Made by a program: the position numbers and the translations under genes | Notes under the pieces: generated by a model | Databases searched by the model: none | The model's input: only the letters and a program-made list of their open reading frames with translations | Told to the model about the DNA's origin: nothing | Shown: positions 41,626-52,137 of the stretch, piece by piece | Position numbering within the stretch: position 1 is the first letter of the stretch | How the letters are laid out: each line of letters starts with the position of its first letter | Assembly: GCA_963662465.1 (NCBI GenBank) | Contig: OY759599.1 | Span: 4,352,001-4,416,000 of the forward strand | Direction: 5' to 3' | Length of the DNA stretch: 64,000 nt | Origin: Desulfatiglandales bacterium | GTDB taxonomy: Bacteria > Desulfobacterota > DSM-4660 > Desulfatiglandales > Desulfatiglandaceae

Positions 41626-42621
41626 TCAAAGGCTCTCAAGGAATGTTAGCAAAGGGTCTTCAGGAAGATACCGATCAGGTATGGAACCACTTGCAGTGGT
41701 ATGGGCAAGGGCTTGCTCCTTAATTCCCATATCAGCATGCAAGTAGATTTGTGTTGTCTCATTTGATTCGTGCCCGAGCCAGAGAGCAATCACGGTCAGA
41801 TCAACACCACGTCGGAGCAGGCTCATGGCCGCCGAATGCCGCAAGGTGTGGGGTGTAACTGTTTTCCCTTTTAGGGATGGACATGTATGACTCGCCATGG
41901 CTGCATGTTTGGCAACGAGTCGCTGGAGAGCATCTGCACTGAGACGTAAACCGCGTGAGCTTGGGAAGAGAGGATCTTGTGGATGGCCATCTTGCTCCTT
42001 TAACCATTTCTTCAGCACTGCGACGACATCAGGGCGCAAAGGGGTACATCGCATCTTTCGACCCTTTCCGAGGCAACGGACGTGAGCACCGGTGCCGAGT
42101 TCCACATCCTTGCACTGAAGCGATGTGATTTCGCTATTTCGCAATCCTGTCTGTAAGGCGAGCAACAGGAGCGCTCGGTCACGCCTGCCGATCCATTTTT
42201 TTGAATCGGGAACTGCAACAAGAGCGGCAGTTTCTTCATCCGACAGGAACTCAACCGGACGGCGCTCGTACCGTTTGGCAGGGATCGCCAGAACCCTCTG
42301 ACAGTGCAATGACAGTGCGGGTTCACTGAAGGACACATACCGAAAGAAACCCTGCAGGGCGGAAAGGCGGTTATTCCGTGTCCGGATGCAATTACAGCGA
42401 TCAAATTCAAGGTGTTGAATAAACTTGCACAGGAAAGAAACATCGAGCTCTTCTATGCGCAGTTCAGAAGGCGAACGCCCGAAGTGTTTCGCGGCGAAGC
42501 GAAGCAACAGACGGAAGGTATCCCGGTATGCGGCAACAGTGTGCGGACTGGCGCCAAGCTGTGCGAGCAATCTGTCCGTAAAGAAACGCTGGAGAAGTGA
42601 TGAAAAGCTGGAGGCTTTCAT
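41626..42621 (-). CDS. Tyrosine recombinase (RitC-like)
   Basis: TGLRNSE, GKGRK, HTLRHS, LWLGH, TTQIY. Confidence 0.9.
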   Translation of the reverse strand: MKASSFSSLLQRFFTDRLLAQLGASPHTVAAYRDTFRLLLRFAAKHFGRSPSELRIEELDVSFLCKFIQHLEFDRCNCIRTRNNRLSALQGFFRYVSFSEPALSLHCQRVLAIPAKRYERRPVEFLSDEETAALVAVPDSKKWIGRRDRALLLLALQTGLRNSEITSLQCKDVELGTGAHVRCLGKGRKMRCTPLRPDVVAVLKKWLKEQDGHPQDPLFPSSRGLRLSADALQRLVAKHAAMASHTCPSLKGKTVTPHTLRHSAAMSLLRRGVDLTVIALWLGHESNETTQIYLHADMGIKEQALAHTTASGSIPDRYLPEDPLLTFLESL

Positions 42622-43559
42622 TGTGCACCTCCTTGCCGGCCCATGTGCTCGGAAGCGAGCTGGAGGAGCTCCGGGACCGCCTCAATATACCAATAAGTAT
42701 GACTGACGTTTGAGTGGCCGAGATAGGAAGTGAGCTTTGGCAACTCTCTGTTCACGTCCAATCCGGCCTGATACCATTTGATAATTCTTCTTGTTGCAAA
42801 CGTATGCCTAAAATCCTGAAGCCTTGGTCCGCGACCGATTCGGCAGCCATCTTTTGCAGTTCGAAGACCGACAGCACATGATACTTTGGCGAATGTACGT
42901 CGGGCGGATCCAAGACTTAGTCTTGTGCCTCGTTCGGAGACAAAAAAACTGTTGGTCTGAAAACGTGTGTAAAAGTTATTGCGTCGATTTGCATAATCCA
43001 AAAGGGCGGAACATGTCGAATCGTCAATCGGAACAAAACGGGACTTTCCAAATTTCGTCTGCCGAATTACAAGAATACCGTTCTTTAGATCCACATCAGA
43101 CAGATTCAAAGCTACCACTTCACCTGGCCGAATACCCGTAACGGCAAGAAGACCTATGAGCGTCACATAGGTTAATGCGCGCAATCCCATCGGTGACGGG
43201 AGCAAAGCGGCCTCGATCATGAGATGTTCTATTTCCTGTTCGGTATAGATGTAGGGCTTACTGCGCCGATGACGGGCATTGAGGAGCCGTTTTGGCGGTA
43301 CTTCCGTTCGCGGGTCGAATGCACTCAGCCAAGCACCAAACTGCCTGACCATAGTAAGCCGGCGTGCCCATGTCGCTCTTTGCACATGCTTTGGCTGGCA
43401 CGCCCAACGAAGGGCGAGATCAGTGGTGATGAATTTTGCTCCCTGAAGGTCAAGGAAATCTACAAAATAGCCAAGTGTCGTGGCTGGCTCTTGTAGACGA
43501 GTACCGAGGGCACGGCGGACTGTTAAATACCGTGCAAGTGCGTCACGGATTGCAGTCAT
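42618..43559 (-). CDS. Tyrosine recombinase (RitB-like)
   Basis: TGIRPGE, TKFGKSR, QDFRHTFA, YLGH, TYWY. Confidence 0.9.
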   Translation of the reverse strand: MTAIRDALARYLTVRRALGTRLQEPATTLGYFVDFLDLQGAKFITTDLALRWACQPKHVQRATWARRLTMVRQFGAWLSAFDPRTEVPPKRLLNARHRRSKPYIYTEQEIEHLMIEAALLPSPMGLRALTYVTLIGLLAVTGIRPGEVVALNLSDVDLKNGILVIRQTKFGKSRFVPIDDSTCSALLDYANRRNNFYTRFQTNSFFVSERGTRLSLGSARRTFAKVSCAVGLRTAKDGCRIGRGPRLQDFRHTFATRRIIKWYQAGLDVNRELPKLTSYLGHSNVSHTYWYIEAVPELLQLASEHMGRQGGAQ

Positions 43560-44152
43560 CGCACACCTCCTTGACCCGGCCAAGGCGGAGCAATCCTTGG
43601 GCGCTAACCAAAATGGAACCAGTTTTGCTACTCCAAACGGAACCAGATATTGCGCACTGGTCTTTTCCTTTTAGAAGGGTTTTCTTGTAAATTTGTTAGA
43701 GGTTGCATGAAAGAGTATATCAGATGGTATTTTAAAAATGCTGGTGAGACACGTAGCGTTCTGGTTGAAGAATCAGTGATGAGGATACCATCAATATGGT
43801 GATGGCAGAGAAGAGGGGATTAGATTTTTCGGTTAAGGGCAATGCTTATTGAGGAACTATTTGTCTATGTCATAGTCGTCCGGTAAATTCAGGAGGCCTC
43901 CCTTCGCCAATTGATCCTCAATCAAATATCCAATTTCCCCGTTTTTTTTCAGCTGTAGAATCATCCATTTGGGGAGACGAATGGTGAGCAGTTCACGTCT
44001 CAAATGTTCCGGTTTCTTTCTTCGGCCGGCGCCTACCCGTTTTCCACCTCTCATTTCAAGCTCCAAGACAAGGTAATTTCTGATATTCGTGTAACGAGAT
44101 TCAAACAGACCGGTGATATTCAGACCTCAAAACCGGCCCTTTGGCGAACATC

Positions 44153-44872
44153 TCATTTTCTGAGGGAAGGACCATCAATATGAATGTTGATGCAGCGATG
44201 GTTGAGACGATCCAGCAAGGCATCGACCATGTCCTTTGGTTCAAGCAGCGAATACCATTGTTCAGGTTGAAGATTGGTCGTAATAATTGTGGACCGACCG
44301 GCTTCATAGCGATCTTTCATGAGTTTAAAAAAGGCGTTCATCTGCTCTTTTTTGAGGGTCAGGTATCCCAGTTCATCGAGCAGAAGCAGGTCATATCTGC
44401 AAAGGGCATTGAGGAGTTTCGGGGTGGACCGATCTGCCAAAGACGCATAGAGCTGATCCAGCAAATCCTGAACATTATAAAAACGCCCCCGGTACCCGGC
44501 AATAATGGCTTGACGAAGGATCCCCACGGCCAATCCCGTTTTGCCGACGCCGGTTTTTCCATGGAACACGATGTTTTCTCTTCGGCTGATAAAGTCAAGG
44601 CCGGACAACGTCATGATCCGGCTCTTCTGTATTCCCGGCTGAAGATCAAACGGAAAGGAGTTGAGGGTCCATTCCCATGGAAGCTTTGCAATCTGGACCC
44701 GATAGATCATGCTGCGCTCCTGCCGGAAACGTAATTCCTCAGCCAGGAGATTGTAGATGACCTCGTGAATGGAAAAACCGTTCTTTTCAGCCGAAGCCAA
44801 CTGTTCTTCGAGAGCCTTCAGCATGCCTTTAAACTTCAAATCAATGAGTAACTGTTCAATTTTCTTTTTCAT
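44153..44872 (-). CDS. istB: IS21 helper ATPase
   Basis: Identical protein to 18453-19172. Confidence 0.95.
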   Translation of the reverse strand: MKKKIEQLLIDLKFKGMLKALEEQLASAEKNGFSIHEVIYNLLAEELRFRQERSMIYRVQIAKLPWEWTLNSFPFDLQPGIQKSRIMTLSGLDFISRRENIVFHGKTGVGKTGLAVGILRQAIIAGYRGRFYNVQDLLDQLYASLADRSTPKLLNALCRYDLLLLDELGYLTLKKEQMNAFFKLMKDRYEAGRSTIITTNLQPEQWYSLLEPKDMVDALLDRLNHRCINIHIDGPSLRK

Positions 44873-46251
44873 AGATCAAAAAAGTCTCCCGCGATATAAT
44901 CGAGAATAATGTTTTCCAGACGCGACAAATCAAAAAGTCCATATTTAAGCGCCTGTGTTATGGCTTTCAAAAAAGGTTCCCCGGGATAAGTGCGTTTCAG
45001 ATGAAGCAACCGACGTAACTTGACCACACCGCGACCGTGACTTCTTTTCTTCAGTTCAGCCACATACTCATCCAGGATGGCATCCTCTCCCGTCAACAGC
45101 TGTTCTTCTTTTGAAGGGATTCGGGGATCTTTTTTTCTTCGAATGGGAACATGGTGACCGGGCAGGGTTGTTCGGGTGTTGCGTTTATCCAGTATGCGGT
45201 CATGTTCCGCCACTTTTGTGTTTTTGTCGTAAACGATGACCTTGAGCCAATGTTTCTGTACTTCCAGGGAGTTCCCAATCAGCGCTTCAGGGACTGAATA
45301 GCGGTTGGTGTCCAAGTGCACATATCCCTGAACATCGGCTACCCTGTGTTCTGCCACATAGACTGGCGGCTGGTATGCCGGTAAATCAATGAGATATGGC
45401 TTTTCAATGACATAGGCCTCATCCGGCGTCATCCCTAAAGCCCGTTTAAACTTTTTATCGCTTGTATTCCGGCACCAGTCGATTGCCTGCCGGTTCAAAT
45501 CCTGCCAGCTAACAAATGTTCTACCGGGAAGAAAATTGTTTTCCACAAAATGAAAAGGCCTTTCCACACGGGCACTTCGATTGGCGTCTCCTACAGCATG
45601 GGCCTCAAACCGGGTTCCATACATATCGCCGAAGTATTTCATTTCAGGCGCAATCAATGCATCAGGCCCGGTGCCGCCGGCCACAATAACATTGGTGTTG
45701 TCAACCATGCACCGGGAACACACCCCGTCCATAAACTCGAATGCTTTTTTTAGGAAAACCTTGCACTCAAACCGGGTAAAACAGGGGTAATACTGAATAA
45801 AAATCCTTCGGCAAAAGGCCAGGGTCAGGGACGCGCACTGGGTCGACATTTTTTTCCCATTAATGACAACCAGATGGGGTGACGTATCATGCTGCATCTC
45901 CTGACCGGGTTTAAAATGGTATTGGCCCGCCCGTCTTTTTTTACGTTCCCGGATCTCGTACTTTCTCATAATCCAGGTCAGACTCTGATAAGGGATTTTG
46001 ATCTGTTGGCGGCTTTCCAGTTCCTCGGCTACTCGCACGGCATTTCCTTTACATTCCTTGAAAAGCTCGCGGATCAACGGGACATGTTCTTCATACCGGG
46101 AGTTCCTTTGGGGTACCGCCTCTTCGTCATGATCATCTAAAACCTTCGTGACGGTATTGCGACCGGCCTTCAGGGTTTTGGCGATGTCGCGCAAACTCAT
46201 GCCGGTTTTTTTCAATTCCACAATGGCATCTTTTTTGGATTGTCGGATCAT
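44869..46251 (-). CDS. istA: IS21 transposase
   Basis: Identical protein to 19169-20551. Confidence 0.92.
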   Translation of the reverse strand: MIRQSKKDAIVELKKTGMSLRDIAKTLKAGRNTVTKVLDDHDEEAVPQRNSRYEEHVPLIRELFKECKGNAVRVAEELESRQQIKIPYQSLTWIMRKYEIRERKKRRAGQYHFKPGQEMQHDTSPHLVVINGKKMSTQCASLTLAFCRRIFIQYYPCFTRFECKVFLKKAFEFMDGVCSRCMVDNTNVIVAGGTGPDALIAPEMKYFGDMYGTRFEAHAVGDANRSARVERPFHFVENNFLPGRTFVSWQDLNRQAIDWCRNTSDKKFKRALGMTPDEAYVIEKPYLIDLPAYQPPVYVAEHRVADVQGYVHLDTNRYSVPEALIGNSLEVQKHWLKVIVYDKNTKVAEHDRILDKRNTRTTLPGHHVPIRRKKDPRIPSKEEQLLTGEDAILDEYVAELKKRSHGRGVVKLRRLLHLKRTYPGEPFLKAITQALKYGLFDLSRLENIILDYIAGDFFDL

Positions 46252-47132
46252 AATTGGGTCGCTTTCTTGAGTTCCAGTGCTTGTTTTTCTATCTTTTTCA
46301 CCCAGGTTTTGAGCGTTTGTTTCTTCAACTGATCGCTTTTTGGGTAATGGACATGCGAAACGGTTTTCACCAGACGTTTGAGAACCGCATATACCATTTC
46401 AATATCCTTGAACCATTTGCCTTCCGGTCCATCATGAACTTCTTTGGCTTGTTTAGACTGGGTTCTTTGTTCGAGAACTTTTATGAAAAGGGATGGATTT
46501 TCCAGCATGTGGTCTCGAACAGACCGGTTGCTTTTCTGGTAATGTGCGTAGAAACGGGCCAGTTCCCTTGTGGATAGAGGTTCTTTTTCCAGGTGGGCCA
46601 ACAGTTTTTGTGCGTCTTCACCGTTGGCGCGCGCCAACGGCGCCATGACACGGCTGGCAGCCCAGGTTGAAAGTGAGCCTGCAATCACGGTTCTCAAAAT
46701 ATTTTCCGGCAGGGCTTCAACCAGGTCCAGCCGCCGTTTTACAAAACTCTTGTCGCGCCCTATTCGGGTTGCAATATGGGAGAGGCTGCACCCAAAACGC
46801 CGATGTAATTCCTGAAGTAAAACAGACTGCTCAATGACTTCCCATTGCCGTTCATTGGCCTTGGTTAAAAGCGAAAACATGGCATTTTGTTCGTTTTCTT
46901 TTGAGAATTGGACACATATCCGGTCCTTTCCACAAGCACAAAGCGCTCGAACACGCAGGTAGCCATCAATCAGAATCAGTTTGTCTTTTTCTTCAATAGC
47001 CAGGGCCGGAACGATCTGCCCGTAAGTTTCGATGGAATCCCTCAATCGCTTTAAAGCCTGGTGATTCATTATCCGGCAATGAGCGTAACGCAACTCCAGC
47101 AAATGAATATCAACGGTTCGGATGGATTCCAT
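46248..47132 (-). CDS. ParB-like passenger protein
   Basis: One A/V difference from 20548-21432. Confidence 0.8.
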   Translation of the reverse strand: MESIRTVDIHLLELRYAHCRIMNHQALKRLRDSIETYGQIVPALAIEEKDKLILIDGYLRVRALCACGKDRICVQFSKENEQNAMFSLLTKANERQWEVIEQSVLLQELHRRFGCSLSHIATRIGRDKSFVKRRLDLVEALPENILRTVIAGSLSTWAASRVMAPLARANGEDAQKLLAHLEKEPLSTRELARFYAHYQKSNRSVRDHMLENPSLFIKVLEQRTQSKQAKEVHDGPEGKWFKDIEMVYAVLKRLVKTVSHVHYPKSDQLKKQTLKTWVKKIEKQALELKKATQL

Positions 47133-47529
47133 ACCCAGTCTCCCGAAAGATTTCCTCTATGGTTTCTCCAAGACTGACCCAATTTCCTTGCCGGATCTCC
47201 TTTACCTGTTTCACAATCACAGGACGTCTGGGAAGCGAAAGAACCTGAAACAGACGGCCATCAAACCCAATCAGATCCTTGTCCAACAAGCCATCGCGGG
47301 CATCGATATATTGATCCAAATGCACCTTTAAAATCCGGCAGATTCTGTCGTAACCATAATAAGAGAGCCCGTTTTTGTCAGATACCAACACCAGAAAAAT
47401 GTAGAGCAGCAGCTCATGATGATTCAGGCTCTCCCAAAAGCCGTTTCTCAAAAAACGATGCTCCAGAAAGCCGAAGCTTCCATTGATGACACGCACTCTT
47501 TCGGGAAAAAGGACTCTTTTTTTGATCAT
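47110..47529 (-). CDS. Hypothetical wHTH-like passenger protein
   Basis: Identical to 21410-21829. Confidence 0.55.
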   Translation of the reverse strand: MIKKRVLFPERVRVINGSFGFLEHRFLRNGFWESLNHHELLLYIFLVLVSDKNGLSYYGYDRICRILKVHLDQYIDARDGLLDKDLIGFDGRLFQVLSLPRRPVIVKQVKEIRQGNWVSLGETIEEIFRETGYGIHPNR

Positions 47530-47541
47530 TTTTTTCTCCTG

Positions 47542-47985
47542 TCATGGATATGGGGTTTTCTCAAAGCCTGTTACATCTGAAAAAACCCTCCCTGCATAAG
47601 CACGGCGAGGAAAATGGTCCACAACAACCCCGATCGACCCGCAAAAAAGACAGCTGGGTCGGTTCCCCGACCGCTTTTTGGGTTCAATATCACAGTCTTT
47701 TTGAGGTGTTGAACTATCATCACCAGGGTTCAGTCCATTTTTTTTGGATTTTTTTGTTTTTTCGTACAAACGACGGCGCTCTTTCCCTTTTTTCGAATTG
47801 CGGTATTTCCCCTGAGCTTTCCGGTGCAGCTGTCTTTGGCGTATCCTGCGACATCGTTCCCCACAATAGGCCTGGCCACGCCAACACGACCGACAGACGT
47901 GAAAAAAGCAACCACAACATCGGCATTGAACCACTCTTAAAAGGACATCTCCCATCATTCCGGCCTTGCAATTGGCCGGAAACAC
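47542..47985 (-). CDS. Cys-rich passenger protein
   Basis: Identical to 21842-22285. Confidence 0.6.
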   Translation of the reverse strand: MFPANCKAGMMGDVLLRVVQCRCCGCFFHVCRSCWRGQAYCGERCRRIRQRQLHRKAQGKYRNSKKGKERRRLYEKTKKSKKNGLNPGDDSSTPQKDCDIEPKKRSGNRPSCLFCGSIGVVVDHFPRRAYAGRVFSDVTGFEKTPYP

Positions 47986-48308
47986 ACTTATATAAAATTG
48001 GCGTGTGTGTGGCTTCCGGCTCTATCCGGTGGTCAAAAAAGAAGGCCCGAAGCGGCTACTTCGGGCCTTCACCATCCATTCTACAAAGTAAATCGCATTT
48101 CCACTTAACCAAGCCTCTGTCTTGGAAGAAGAAAACCAAATCCAAAGAAAATAGATTTTATAAAAATTTATTGAAAAGTAAATCTACATCAACGACTCCT
48201 TTGCCGCCACTTATGGATCCCTCATCGTCCGCTATACCTGAGGGCCGTACTCACTGGCGGTGACAGCCAATGGTTCAATTTCCATTAGCAAACTTGGTTC
48301 AGTTTTGA

Positions 48309-49532
48309 TTAGCGTTGAAGAGCAATCTCACGGAGTGTCTCGAAATCGACCTTCGCGTAAATGGCTGTGGAACTCTGGGATTGATGACGGAGAACCTCAG
48401 AGATCTCAGCGATGGAGGCACCCTGGCGGATCATTCTGGTGGCCAGACCGTGGCGGAAGAGATGGGCTGCGCCACGGCTCGGAGCACATATGCCGGCTCG
48501 GGCAAATGCAAGGCGTACAATATGGCCAATCGCCCCTGGGCCGGCCAAGCCAACGCGTGGAGCAATCATTCGCAGAAAAACCCGTCGCGATACGCTATCT
48601 CCTCTGTCTTGACGTAGATAAACCGCTAAAGCATCTCCGACATCTGAGACCAATGGTAGTCGGTCCTGTACTTGGCCCTTGCCGCGAATAACGATCTCCC
48701 CGATCCGCCAGAGGATGTCACCGAGTTCTATCGTGATTATCTCTCCCGCACGCAGACCGAGTCGTGCAAGAAGAAGCAAAATGGCATAATCGCGTCTTCC
48801 ACGTGGCGTCGACAGATCGGTTGACGAAAGGATCCTTTCTACCTGGTCGGGGGTTAGAAAGCCAATTACCTCGGACTGATGCCATTTACGGACTCTGGGA
48901 ATCGATAGGGAAAAATCAATTGTTATTTCTTTGCGAAGGTAAAGAAACCGCAAGAATGATCGGAGGGCGGCGGCCAGAAGCCTCGAGTATTCTCTCGACC
49001 GGTTTTGAATGCGATCGAGGAGGAAATTTTGGATTGTCAGGGCATCCAATGCATGGAAAGAGATGCAACCGGTTTGGGCTAACCGATCATTGAGAAAATC
49101 ACTGATGAAAGGCGAATAAACAAGAATTGAGTTTTCGGCGAGTCCTCGCTCCTTTCGCAGGTATTCTATGTAGGTCCGCTTAAAATCATCCACGGGTGAA
49201 GCATCAAGTATTGGAGGATTTGGAACCACACCTTCTTGGCGCAGATAGCTGAGAAAAAGCCGCAGGGCAGCCATTTCGAATTTTATCCGGGCTTTTTGCC
49301 TTTTGTGCAAACGCTCCACGAATTCGGTCAGATGGGATTCGTTTAGATCGTTTACAGTAAGCCGCTTCCCCACTGTCCATCGGGCAAAAGAGGCAGCAAC
49401 TGGACGCTTTTTCCGTAGCGTCCGTTCTGCATACCCCAGAGTGCGAAGGTGTGATAGGAAGGAGTTGACATGGGTTTGACATAGGTTCGAATGCGGGTTG
49501 TTTTTCGATACGAAATTACTGAATGTTTTCAT
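48309..49532 (-). CDS. Tyrosine recombinase (RitA-like); last 10 codons displaced by IS21
   Basis: LGLRAGE, GKG, HLFRHG, VLRH, TAIY; native tail PPWPGQGGVR* lies at 43556-43588. Confidence 0.88.
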   Translation of the reverse strand: MKTFSNFVSKNNPHSNLCQTHVNSFLSHLRTLGYAERTLRKKRPVAASFARWTVGKRLTVNDLNESHLTEFVERLHKRQKARIKFEMAALRLFLSYLRQEGVVPNPPILDASPVDDFKRTYIEYLRKERGLAENSILVYSPFISDFLNDRLAQTGCISFHALDALTIQNFLLDRIQNRSREYSRLLAAALRSFLRFLYLRKEITIDFSLSIPRVRKWHQSEVIGFLTPDQVERILSSTDLSTPRGRRDYAILLLLARLGLRAGEIITIELGDILWRIGEIVIRGKGQVQDRLPLVSDVGDALAVYLRQDRGDSVSRRVFLRMIAPRVGLAGPGAIGHIVRLAFARAGICAPSRGAAHLFRHGLATRMIRQGASIAEISEVLRHQSQSSTAIYAKVDFETLREIALQR

Positions 49533-50029
49533 GTGGTCTCTCCTTTCGTTTGGCGGGATTGCCAAACCGAAGATCCCACAAAAATTATGCCGCGTCAGCA
49601 ACTACTTCAAGGCACGAATAATCCCACAAAATTCTTGTAATGCGGCATAATCCGGGAGTCGGCATTACATCTGCGAAAGGGCTTTGAAAAAGGCCATTCT
49701 TCACAGAAAAAACTCCCTGTTTTACAAAACAGAGCATGGCGCCCTCATTGGAGACATCTTTATGAGCCTTATTCAGACCTGTGCCATGAACGGAGAAAAT
49801 CCGTACGAATATCTCCTGGCCATTCACAAAAATCCCGAGCTGGTAAAAGTAAACCCCGAAAACTGGCTTCCCTGGAATTACAGGCAAAATCTAAATTCCC
49901 AGCCTTAGTAACTCACAGATAATCAGATCGACAGAAGACGCCGGATAACGGAGCTCGCCACCTAGCGTCTTCCGGCCACCCAAAAAAAAATGAAAAAATT
50001 TGCCCTATGCAGGCTTGCAGAAAGGACAC

Positions 50030-50098
50030 GATCAACGGCACAAACAGGCGGGTCCATGTTCCTCTGTTTGTGCAGCACCGTAGACCAGTTTGTTCGAA
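50030..50098 (-). other. Truncated attC abutting the probable IS66 end
   Basis: Minus-strand TTCGAAC just after the stop at 50108, then a GCACAAACAG/CTGTTTGTGC stem; distal boxes missing. Confidence 0.5.
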
Positions 50099-50107
50099 TC
50101 GATTTCA

Positions 50108-50335
50108 TTAAGCTTGGGCTTTATTTATGCGCTCTGCAATCCAGCTTTTGATTACGGATTGCGTCGCGATTCCAAGCCGCTTCGCTTCGCGATCGAGCAA
50201 TTCGATCATCCAGACCGGGAAGTCTACATTGATCCGCTTGTACTCGTGACCCGGACGGGTAGCCTTGGAGAAGTCGAGGTATTTGTCGACGTCTTCTCCA
50301 TCGTCAAACTTTTTGTCAAACTCCTTAGTCTTCAT
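50108..50335 (-). CDS. CopG/BrnA-type antitoxin
   Basis: EFDKKFDDGEDV, RINVDFPVWM, SVIKSWIAER. Confidence 0.8.
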   Translation of the reverse strand: MKTKEFDKKFDDGEDVDKYLDFSKATRPGHEYKRINVDFPVWMIELLDREAKRLGIATQSVIKSWIAERINKAQA

Positions 50336-51089
50336 ATCGTTCTATCTCCTTCGTACGTGAACGCCGGACGGAGATGATCCTTATTCTATCGCCGCGCGGT
50401 GTGAAAATCGCCGACCAATGCCTACTTCCGATTCGTCCGATCAACATGTAACGCGGTTCGCCTTGCGTGCGGGCAGGGACTTGCAGACGTTCTGGGTCCT
50501 CCCAGAGGGCTTGGGCCTCAACGAAGTTTATGTTCAAACCAGCACACTTTTCACGAAGTTCTTTCAGCGCCAGGTGTTGACTGTGACCCTCCCGAAATCC
50601 ATGGGAAACGTCATAAAACAAGGGCTCGTAAACCAGCCCCAGCAAAGCCGCCACCGCCTTCTGGACAATCTTGTCTTCCAGCGCCGGAATCCCTATCGGT
50701 CTCTTTTTACCGCCTTCCTTGTCCACCCATATGCGCTTGACCGGTGATGCAACGTACTGCCCTCTTCGCAGCCGTTCGTACAGTTTATAGAGGTTTTCAT
50801 TAAGATCGGCGGCATAGGTCTTCGCCGTTATCTTGTCAACTCCGGTCGACTCATTCTTACTCAAGCCCTTGAATGACTTTTTCAATAAATCAAAGTCTAT
50901 CCAATGCGCAAGTGATGTGAACACCGTTTGTGGATCGGCCATCCCCCGTATTGCTACCCGGGCAAGACTTGATTCACCGACCAGTACGGGGAGACCATGT
51001 GTACTCGGTTCTTCGGACTTCTGAGCAACCTGCTCCGCAATTTCCTGATTTTCCATTGATATGGGTTGTGACCTCTGAGTGTCTTCCAT
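50325..51089 (-). pseudogene. Chimeric ORF: N-terminal part of a group II intron RT fused in frame to the C-terminus of a BrnT toxin
   Basis: FTSLAHWID...GVD...RPIGIPALEDKIVQ...SHGFR...LNIN, then FVEAQALWEDP...RIRIISVRRSR; no YADD. Confidence 0.85.
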
Positions 51090-52137
51090 AGTTCCTATCA
51101 GAAAAACGTTATACCCTGCTTCACCTTCCCTACAGTGGGTCGCCTGGGCGTAACTTCCCCACCTTCCCGGCACCATCCTCGGCGCCATCGGTACTATGTT
51201 CCGCTAAGACTGCCAAAAGTCCCTCTCAAGCGCGTTCGCTTTTCGCTGTCCACACCTGATACCCTGTCTGCTTTCTTTCTTTGTGTTTCTTGCGACTCGT
51301 TTGCGGGTGAAAGCCTCCCGCTAACACCGGGGCTCTTGATCTCCCGGTACCCCTTGTCTTCCGGGTGTTTACACAAGGAGACTTTTGGCTCTCCCGAGTT
51401 CCCGAGCTATCCATTTGAATCCATGCCCTGGTCGTCGGGTAGAAATACGGCGCGCTCACCCTTAGGCAGAGAGTTTCCGTCTTGCACCCTTTCGGTTGTG
51501 CAGCGGGTTCCTAGTTCCGCCATAGCCAACGTTTCCGCAAGCCCCCCTCTCATCCCGGACGGTCGGATTTCCCGAGTCCGGTTGGCGGCCAGTGGTCTTC
51601 ATGTATTATCTCCGATACGCCTTCCCATATTACCGGAGGCTTAAGTACACGCCCACATACACCCCTCACTAATATGGTTTACTTATCGGATAGCCCGAGG
51701 CTCCGTTGACCAACTTTTACGGGCTCTGCGTCCCTTGTTTGGTGTCTTCCTTCCGGGCGACCACTGTACCGAGAGCCCCTTTGCCTTATCAGGGTATTAC
51801 CCCTCAAAGCGTCGCATTTACTGCGACATAGGCTGACATTACTCAACTCTCTTCGCTCATACGGGCTCATGCGCCGGACCAAACCCCTCTTGCTGCCTCG
51901 GCTTGTCACCTTGTGCAACACGTCTTCGCAGGTTGCTGCGTGCCCCTGCTGGGAGATGGCCCTTCCCGACGTTATCTCCTTAATCTTTATATGGGTGCCT
52001 GGACCCGTACCCCGCCGCGCTTCTCCGGTGCATTTGCTCGTTTCTTCCCGGAAAACATCGGCCTCACCTCAGTCTTAACAGGTTCGGCGCGCTGAAACCC
52101 CCACCGCATAGCAACTTCTACGATGGCCACCTTTTTC

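Larger units (their letters stand above)
43596..48320 (-). mobile_element. IS21-family element with passenger genes, copy 2
   Basis: Offset 25700 from copy 1; at least two SNPs seen; TSD AGCAATC at 43589-43595 and 48321-48327; same six ORFs (43857-47985). Confidence 0.92.
41497..49666 (-). mobile_element. RIT element (recombinases in trio)
   Basis: Three overlapping tyrosine recombinases; IR AATGCCGACTCCCGGATTATGCCG at 41524-41547 and 49643-49666; ACATCTG on both flanks. Confidence 0.9.
40286..49908 (+). pseudogene. IS66-family transposase, 5'-truncated and split by a RIT element (to 41496, resumes 49674)
   Basis: CPEC, LRCNLCG, HIDDT, CLTHARRYF; LDNNIC joins ERALKKAILHRKNSLFYKT across the insertion. 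Probable right end near 50029. Confidence 0.88.

Noticed and set aside
41626..49532. Tyrosine recombinases as the integron integrase
   Set aside because: Trio organisation and RIT-type IRs; no IntI-specific insertion recognised.
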